The notes beneath the pieces were generated by a model. It was not told the origin of the DNA, did no database searches, and saw only the letters and a list, made by a program, of their open reading frames with translations. From a virus: DNA of 36,286 nucleotides. Shown in pieces: positions 31,951-36,286 of the stretch (its first letter is position 1; each line of letters begins with the position of its first letter). Location: positions 1-36,286 of the IMG/VR virus record IMGVR_UViG_3300008255_000077; one strand, given 5' to 3'. A program made the translations under genes and the position numbers.

Positions 31951-32747
31951 ACTACTACGCCTTCCACCTGGGCGACTACGCAAGCGCGACTGGCCACCTT
32001 ACATGGGATGAGGACATGGCCTATCGCCGCCTGATCGATGTCTATTACCAGAAAGAGGCTCCGCTTCCAGATGACATGCGGCAGGTGTACAGGCTTGCTC
32101 GTGCACAGACTGACGAGCACAGACAGGCAATCAATACGGTGCTTTCTGAGTTCTTCGAGCTAACCGATGAAGGGTGGCGTCACTTCCGATGCGATGCCGA
32201 AATACAGGCAATTTCCGGCAAGCGTGAAAAGGCATCGCAAAGCGCCAAGGCTCGATGGAGCAAAGCCAAATCACTGCCAACGCAATGCGAAGGCAATGCG
32301 AACGCATCGAATAATGAATGCGAACGCATGGAAAACGAATGCGAACGCAATGCTCCCAACCCCAACCCCAACCCCAACCCCAACCAAGAGCAAAACAATA
32401 CGGCCAAACCTGAAAAGCCGGAGCGCGCAAAAAATGTGACGGCTTCCGATCTGGCTGGAATGGGGGTAAACGAACAGCACGCTAAAGACTGGCTAGCCGT
32501 CCGAAAGCAGAAGAAGGCCCCGCTAACACCGACGGCCATGGCCGCTACCAAGCGAGAGGCCGACAAGGCTGGTCTGTCGATACCGGAGGCAATCAGGATC
32601 GCAGCAGAAAGCGGATGGGCTGGATTCAAGGCGGAATGGGTGAAGGGCGGGAAAGCAGGCAAGCCGGCAGGCATACACCACGGCTTTGACGATATCGACT
32701 ACAACGCGGGGCTAGTGCTCCGAGAGGATGGCACGCATGGACTCTAA
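31947..32747 (+). CDS. replication protein (DUF1376/YdaU-like N-domain, DnaT-like C-domain)
   Basis: The N-terminus MNYYAFHLGDYASATGHLTWDEDMAYRRLIDVYY is the DUF1376 pattern. The C-terminal part (QHAKDWLAVRKQKKAPLT...GWAGFKAEW) is separated from it by a repeat-encoded linker. The gene lies upstream of the DnaC-like loader. Confidence 0.75.
   Translation: MNYYAFHLGDYASATGHLTWDEDMAYRRLIDVYYQKEAPLPDDMRQVYRLARAQTDEHRQAINTVLSEFFELTDEGWRHFRCDAEIQAISGKREKASQSAKARWSKAKSLPTQCEGNANASNNECERMENECERNAPNPNPNPNPNQEQNNTAKPEKPERAKNVTASDLAGMGVNEQHAKDWLAVRKQKKAPLTPTAMAATKREADKAGLSIPEAIRIAAESGWAGFKAEWVKGGKAGKPAGIHHGFDDIDYNAGLVLREDGTHGL
32284..32349. repeat. four 12-bp iterons AATGCGAA(C/G)GCA at 32284, 32295, 32317, 32338
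   Basis: Three copies are perfect and one has a single mismatch. The spacings are 11, 22 and 21 bp. Each contains the dyad TGCG-AA-CGCA. Confidence 0.6.
32355..32384. repeat. hexanucleotide tandem repeat (CCCAAC x5, i.e. C4A2 units)
   Basis: Read directly from the sequence. It encodes PNPNPNPNPN in the replication protein linker. The complementary strand is (T2G4)n. Confidence 0.9.
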
Positions 32748-33519
32748 CCAAGACGTTCAAATCTCGACCGCCGTATGCGAAAAGCACGGAGAGTTTGAAC
32801 AGAAATCTTTCCAAATTCCGATGTTCAAGAAGCGCACCTGCTCACGGTGCCCGACTTGTGAGGCCGAGCAGAAGGCCGAAGAGGACAAGCGCCAGCGCAT
32901 GCAAGACGACTTTATTCGCCAGATCCGCTTACGTGAAAAGCTCGGGTCAGCGGCCGTGCCCAAGCGGTTTGATGGCAAGCGGTTTGATGGATACCTGTGC
33001 GACTCCCCGGAGAAGTCGGCGGCGCTGGAGAAGTGCAAGGCCTTCGTCGACAACTTCAAGGACAACTTTTCGGTCGGGCGAAACCTGATCTTGATCGGCA
33101 CGCCAGGTACAGGCAAGACGCACCTCGGAACCTCGATTGCCAACCATCTGAACCACAACACTGGATACACGGCTGCTTATCGCACGATTGGAGGCGTTCT
33201 ACAGGCCATTAAAGAGACGTTTAACGGCGACGGCAGCGAGAGTGAGGGCGGAATCATTGCGGGCCTCACAGGCGTTGATCTGCTCGTTCTGGACGAAATA
33301 GGGGCAACACGGGAAACGCCAAGCGATTTCGAGCTGTCGACCATCTTCGCCATCATCAACGGCCGATACGAAAGCGAGCTGCCTACCGTGATCATTTCCA
33401 ACCTGTCAGCCGAGGCGCTGACCCAGGCCATGGGTGATCGTTGCGTGGATCGGCTGCGCGAGGGTTCGCCGGTAGTGGTTCAGTTCAAATGGGAATCAGC
33501 GCGCCGGGGTATCGCATGA
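32737..33519 (+). CDS. DnaC/IstB-like AAA+ helicase loader
   Basis: Walker A (GTPGTGKTH) and Walker B (LLVLDEIG) motifs are present. I prefer the start at ATG 32737 because of its SD (GAGAGGA). The ORF opens at 32728. Confidence 0.85.
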   Translation: MDSNQDVQISTAVCEKHGEFEQKSFQIPMFKKRTCSRCPTCEAEQKAEEDKRQRMQDDFIRQIRLREKLGSAAVPKRFDGKRFDGYLCDSPEKSAALEKCKAFVDNFKDNFSVGRNLILIGTPGTGKTHLGTSIANHLNHNTGYTAAYRTIGGVLQAIKETFNGDGSESEGGIIAGLTGVDLLVLDEIGATRETPSDFELSTIFAIINGRYESELPTVIISNLSAEALTQAMGDRCVDRLREGSPVVVQFKWESARRGIA

Positions 33520-33728
33520 ACTGGTCGCGCTCATCCGCCTACTTGATGGCTGGCGAACACGGTTACAAGGTCGCCAAGTTCCTGGTAGGCGACCAGTCGC
33601 AATATCGGGCAAGCCTTGGCGGGCGGTTCCTGGGTCAAGTGCAGGAGTCGGCCGAAGATGCCTGCCAGGTGTGCGAGTCGCATTTTCAAATCATGGGTGA
33701 AGAGATTGCTGATGAGTTGACGCCCTGA
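33516..33728 (+). CDS. hypothetical protein
   Basis: The internal start MNWSRSS is coupled by ATGA to the loader stop. Confidence 0.55.
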   Translation: MNWSRSSAYLMAGEHGYKVAKFLVGDQSQYRASLGGRFLGQVQESAEDACQVCESHFQIMGEEIADELTP

Positions 33729-33745
33729 CAATCAATGCCTATATT
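33717..33745 (+). promoter_or_regulatory. internal sigma70-type promoter TTGACG-N17-TATATT with overlapping inverted repeat GACAAT-N10-ATTGTC
   Basis: The hexamers and spacing were read directly. The inverted repeat (33727-33732 and 33743-33748) covers the -10. Confidence 0.55.
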
Positions 33746-33776
33746 GTCGGTACGCAAACAAAGCAGGGGGTCAGGA

Positions 33777-33929
33777 ATGACACGGGCAAAGCGCGATATA
33801 CGAATGAGCAACGAAGAGTGGGAGGCCTTCAAGCGCCTGCTTGGGCCTACCTGGCTTCGGTCAGCAATCAACCGGGCTATCAAGAAGGACCTGCGCCAAG
33901 CGAAGGCGGCAGAGGGGGAATCGAAATGA
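33777..33929 (+). CDS. small basic protein, ribbon-helix-helix-like regulator candidate
   Basis: The sequence is MTRAKRDIRMSNEEWEAFKRLLG.... AGGGGG lies 7 nt upstream of ATG 33777. It is the first gene after the internal promoter. Confidence 0.5.
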   Translation: MTRAKRDIRMSNEEWEAFKRLLGPTWLRSAINRAIKKDLRQAKAAEGESK

Positions 33930-34246
33930 GCGAATCGATGCGGGGCGAGTTTGAGGCGTGGAGGGTTGACAACTTCTGCGGAGGAATTGAGCGGCTGAAG
34001 AAATGCAGTAATGCTCCGGAAGTGTACTACTACACGGCAGAACAAGATGCCTGGCGGGCGTGGAAAGCCTCGCGCGCTGCGTTGTGTGTGGAGTTGCCTC
34101 CTAGTGTGGATATGCCGGACGAAGACGATTGTGATGGATATGAAGAGTACGAGGCAATGGAGGCTATAACCTGCACGGCTAACGGAATGCGTCACGCCTG
34201 CCGAAACGCCATCCACGCCGCAGGAGTAAAGACCAATGAGCGATAA
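33926..34246 (+). CDS. hypothetical protein
   Basis: The internal start MSESMRGEFEAW is coupled by ATGA to the upstream stop. Confidence 0.55.
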   Translation: MSESMRGEFEAWRVDNFCGGIERLKKCSNAPEVYYYTAEQDAWRAWKASRAALCVELPPSVDMPDEDDCDGYEEYEAMEAITCTANGMRHACRNAIHAAGVKTNER

Positions 34247-34739
34247 GACTGGTTTCGGAATTGACTGGAACAAAGCACCTATCGATGCTACGCATTACGA
34301 CGTGGACAGCCATCTGTTTGTAAATTTCGACTGCATGCACGATAGCTTGAGAAGCCTAGTTCCGCGCCCCGCCACTCCCTCAGCATGGGATGGCACCGGA
34401 CTGCCCCCGGTTGGAACGGTTTGTGAGCTTAGGACTAAGGTCGGCGGCTGGGGTGAGGCTGTAATTAAGTACCAGGCCAAGCGCGGAATCTGTGTATGGC
34501 TTTGGGTTCGCCTTGATGGAAATAGCGAGCAGATTGAGTGGGCTGAATCGCCGGACAAGCTTGAATTCCGCCCCATCAAAACCGCCGAGCAACTGGCTGC
34601 CGAAGATCGGGAGCGTGTAACTGATGAGATGTACGGCCACACCAAAACAAAGATGACCGCAGCCGAGGTTGATATCCAGCGCGAGACATGCGCAGACCTC
34701 TATGACGCCGGCTACCGCAAGCAGGGGCCAGCCAAATGA
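34236..34739 (+). CDS. hypothetical protein
   Basis: 167-aa ORF. The C-terminal pattern FRPIKTAEQLAAEDRE....LYDAGYRK recurs in prophage proteins. Confidence 0.6.
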   Translation: MSDKTGFGIDWNKAPIDATHYDVDSHLFVNFDCMHDSLRSLVPRPATPSAWDGTGLPPVGTVCELRTKVGGWGEAVIKYQAKRGICVWLWVRLDGNSEQIEWAESPDKLEFRPIKTAEQLAAEDRERVTDEMYGHTKTKMTAAEVDIQRETCADLYDAGYRKQGPAK

Positions 34740-34909
34740 CCAGCGACCGCGAACCCTACAAGCGCAAAGGCGACGGTATGGACCTGCCGGAAGGGAAAAC
34801 GTGCGGCGATTGCGCGCATGTTAGGCGCTGCATGTTGATCTATGGCCACATCAAGGCCGACGAGCCGTGTGACTGGTATCCGATCAAGTTTCAGGAGTCG
34901 GTGAAATGA
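34736..34909 (+). CDS. 57-aa Cys-rich protein (below the ORF-track cutoff)
   Basis: My own translation is MTSDREPYKRKGDGMDLPEGKTCGDCAHVRRCMLIYGHIKADEPCDWYPIKFQESVK. It has ATGA coupling at both ends and a CxxC...C...C pattern. Confidence 0.5.
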   Translation: MTSDREPYKRKGDGMDLPEGKTCGDCAHVRRCMLIYGHIKADEPCDWYPIKFQESVK

Positions 34910-35157
34910 CCAAGCACAGCCACTACCACAAGGACGTGTCGAATCTCAAAAGCGTCGACGTTTACCAGGTGTGCGCACTGTTTGACGTGCAAGACCCCAG
35001 CGGGGCCACACAGCACGCCGTGAAGAAGATCCTATGCCCTGGCCAGCGTGGAGGCGGCAAGTCGCTCAGACAGGACTTGCAGGAGGCCGTGGATAGCCTG
35101 AACCGCCGCATTCAGATGATTGATGAGGATTTGTCGATGGGTGGCGAGGATGGTTGA
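34906..35157 (+). CDS. hypothetical protein (DUF3310-like)
   Basis: The pattern HYHKD....VDVYQV...F.....HAVKKIL..GQRGGGKSLRQDLQEA resembles DUF3310 as I remember it. Confidence 0.5.
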   Translation: MTKHSHYHKDVSNLKSVDVYQVCALFDVQDPSGATQHAVKKILCPGQRGGGKSLRQDLQEAVDSLNRRIQMIDEDLSMGGEDG

Positions 35158-35623
35158 GAAGATCAGCGTCAACAGTCCTGCAAGGCTGTCGGAGGCCATC
35201 ACACGGCTAACCGAGGCCTACCGGTCACACAAGTATGTCGTTGTGTCGTTTCGGCCCGGCAAGGACCGCACGCTTGACCAGAACGCCCTCTGGTTTGCTC
35301 TGTACCAGCGAATCGCGCAGATGACCGAGATAGGGGATGTCGAGGACGCGCGCCGGTATTGCAAGCTTCATTTCGGCGTACCGATCATGCGGAAGTCTAA
35401 CGAGGACTTTCGGCATGCCTGGAACGTGTCGTTCCTGCTGCTGACCTATGAAACAAAGCTAGAGCTTATGGGGCCGTGTGCGCTGTTTGGGGCCGACGGA
35501 TTCCCGGTAACGCGGCTGTTTGATCGTGCGCAGGGAATCGTATACACCGACAAGATCGTGGAAGAGTTCACGGCCAAAGGCGTGGTGTTTGACGATCTGT
35601 TGAGCGAGGGAGACCCAGCATGA
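35150..35623 (+). CDS. ninB: NinB/Orf-like recombination mediator
   Basis: VVVSFRPGKDRTLDQNALWFALYQRI parallels lambda NinB (...ERNRSLDQNRKLWACLGDV). It lies directly upstream of ninG, as in lambda. Confidence 0.7.
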   Translation: MVEKISVNSPARLSEAITRLTEAYRSHKYVVVSFRPGKDRTLDQNALWFALYQRIAQMTEIGDVEDARRYCKLHFGVPIMRKSNEDFRHAWNVSFLLLTYETKLELMGPCALFGADGFPVTRLFDRAQGIVYTDKIVEEFTAKGVVFDDLLSEGDPA

Positions 35624-36255
35624 AAGCCCTAAGCGGCAAGCCGAAGAAGTGCGCAGTCCGCACCTGCCGCGCCCCGTTCGTGCCTGCGCGGCCATTCGTG
35701 ACGTGGTGCAGCACAGATTGCGCGGTAGTAATCGCCAGGGCAAAGCAGGACAAGCAGCGCAAGGAAACCGACATGGCCGAGCGGCGGGAGACGAGAGAGC
35801 GGCGGGAGAAGCTGAAGTCGCGCGGCGATTACGTGCAGGAGGCAACCAGTGCCGTTCAGGCATACAGGCGGGTGTATGAGCTATCAATCGGCAGCGGCTG
35901 CATAAGCTGCGGTAAGACCCAGGAAGAGGTACAGGCGGCCCAGGGCTGGAAGACTGGCGGCGCATGGGATGGCGGCCACTGGCTGAGCAAGGGCGCGCGC
36001 CCCGAGCTGCGCCTTGAGGAGAACAACATATGGCTACAGTGCAAAGGGTGTAACGGCGGTTCCGCCAAGTACGCGCGCAAGGGCGAGTCGGTCAAGGATG
36101 GATTCGAGGCCGGGGTAATCGATCGGATTGGCAGGGAGGCGGCCGAGGCGCTGAAGAACGATCACCGGCCAAGGCATTACACAATCTGCGACCTAAAAGC
36201 GATCACCGCCGACTACCGGCAGAAGCTGCGCGAATTGAAGAGGAAAACAACGTGA
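35620..36255 (+). CDS. ninG: NinG/Rap-like structure-specific endonuclease
   Basis: An N-terminal Cys cluster (C..C...........WCS..C) is followed by CISCGK....WDGGHW.SKG.......N...QC..CN, which matches the lambda NinG family. A phosphatase gene follows it, as in the lambda nin region. Confidence 0.85.
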   Translation: MKALSGKPKKCAVRTCRAPFVPARPFVTWCSTDCAVVIARAKQDKQRKETDMAERRETRERREKLKSRGDYVQEATSAVQAYRRVYELSIGSGCISCGKTQEEVQAAQGWKTGGAWDGGHWLSKGARPELRLEENNIWLQCKGCNGGSAKYARKGESVKDGFEAGVIDRIGREAAEALKNDHRPRHYTICDLKAITADYRQKLRELKRKTT

Positions 36256-36286
36256 GCCTGATCAAGCGCTTTGAGCGCAACACGGC
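36164..36286. repeat. terminal direct repeat copy 2 (identical to 1-123)
   Basis: See copy 1. The phosphatase-like CDS starts here at GTG 36252 and continues at window position 89. Confidence 0.95.

Noticed and set aside
32355-32384. The tandem CCCAAC repeat as a CRISPR array or a real telomere.
   Set aside because: The 6-bp units have no spacers and lie in frame inside a gene. The genome carries no protelomerase or linear-end features. It is reported only as a structure-prone repeat.
32131-32674. Antisense and off-frame ORFs encoding GWGWGWGW or GLGLGLGL across the hexanucleotide repeat.
   Set aside because: They are by-products of the C4A2 repeat read in other frames. The plus-strand replication gene has a recognisable N-domain and C-domain on either side.
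33686-34273. 195-aa minus-strand ORF inside the rightward operon.
   Set aside because: It overlaps three plus-strand genes that are chained by ATGA overlaps and preceded by a strong promoter. Its composition (Arg/Ser/Leu-rich) is shadow-like, and I found no start context.

Overview
The window is a complete tailed dsDNA phage genome. The first 123 nt are identical to the last 123 nt, so the unique sequence is 36,163 bp, opened inside a ninG-like gene. GC content and gene families look like a Pseudomonas-type or other proteobacterial phage. The contractile-tail module marks it as a myovirus.

Layout:
- The minus strand carries about 29.7 kb of co-directional genes (31061 down to 1318).
  - Nine tightly coupled small early ORFs come first.
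  - A 220-bp non-coding cassette follows.
  - Next are a DUF1351-like/RecT/YqaJ-exonuclease recombination module, an HTH protein and an orphan DNA methyltransferase.
  - Then come small and large terminase, portal, MuF-like protein, an AT-rich unknown gene, scaffold, decoration protein and major capsid.
  - Head-tail joining proteins, sheath, tube, a frameshifted chaperone and the tape measure follow.
  - Last are a Mu-like baseplate interrupted by a beta-helix tailspike, the tail fiber, and a lysis cassette (two holin-like genes, GH24 endolysin, embedded spanins).
- The plus strand (31193 to 36255, continuing through the circular junction to 1317) carries a Cro-like regulator, an HNH endonuclease, a DUF1376-type replication protein, a DnaC-like loader, small ORFs, NinB, NinG, a truncated lambda-type phosphatase and three unknown genes.
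- I found no integrase, repressor, N/Q-type antiterminator, tRNA or CRISPR array.

Most interesting unexplained structures:
1. A promoter, a structured RNA of about 130 nt and a terminator at 28481-28700, carrying a triple GGATCGACG motif that could occlude the downstream ribosome-binding site.
2. Helically phased iterons plus a (C4A2)n telomere-like, G-quadruplex-prone repeat inside the replication gene, which is a putative origin.
3. AT-rich acquired genes: the tailspike and a 287-aa unknown head-module gene.

All family names come from my memory of motifs and gene order. No searches were run.
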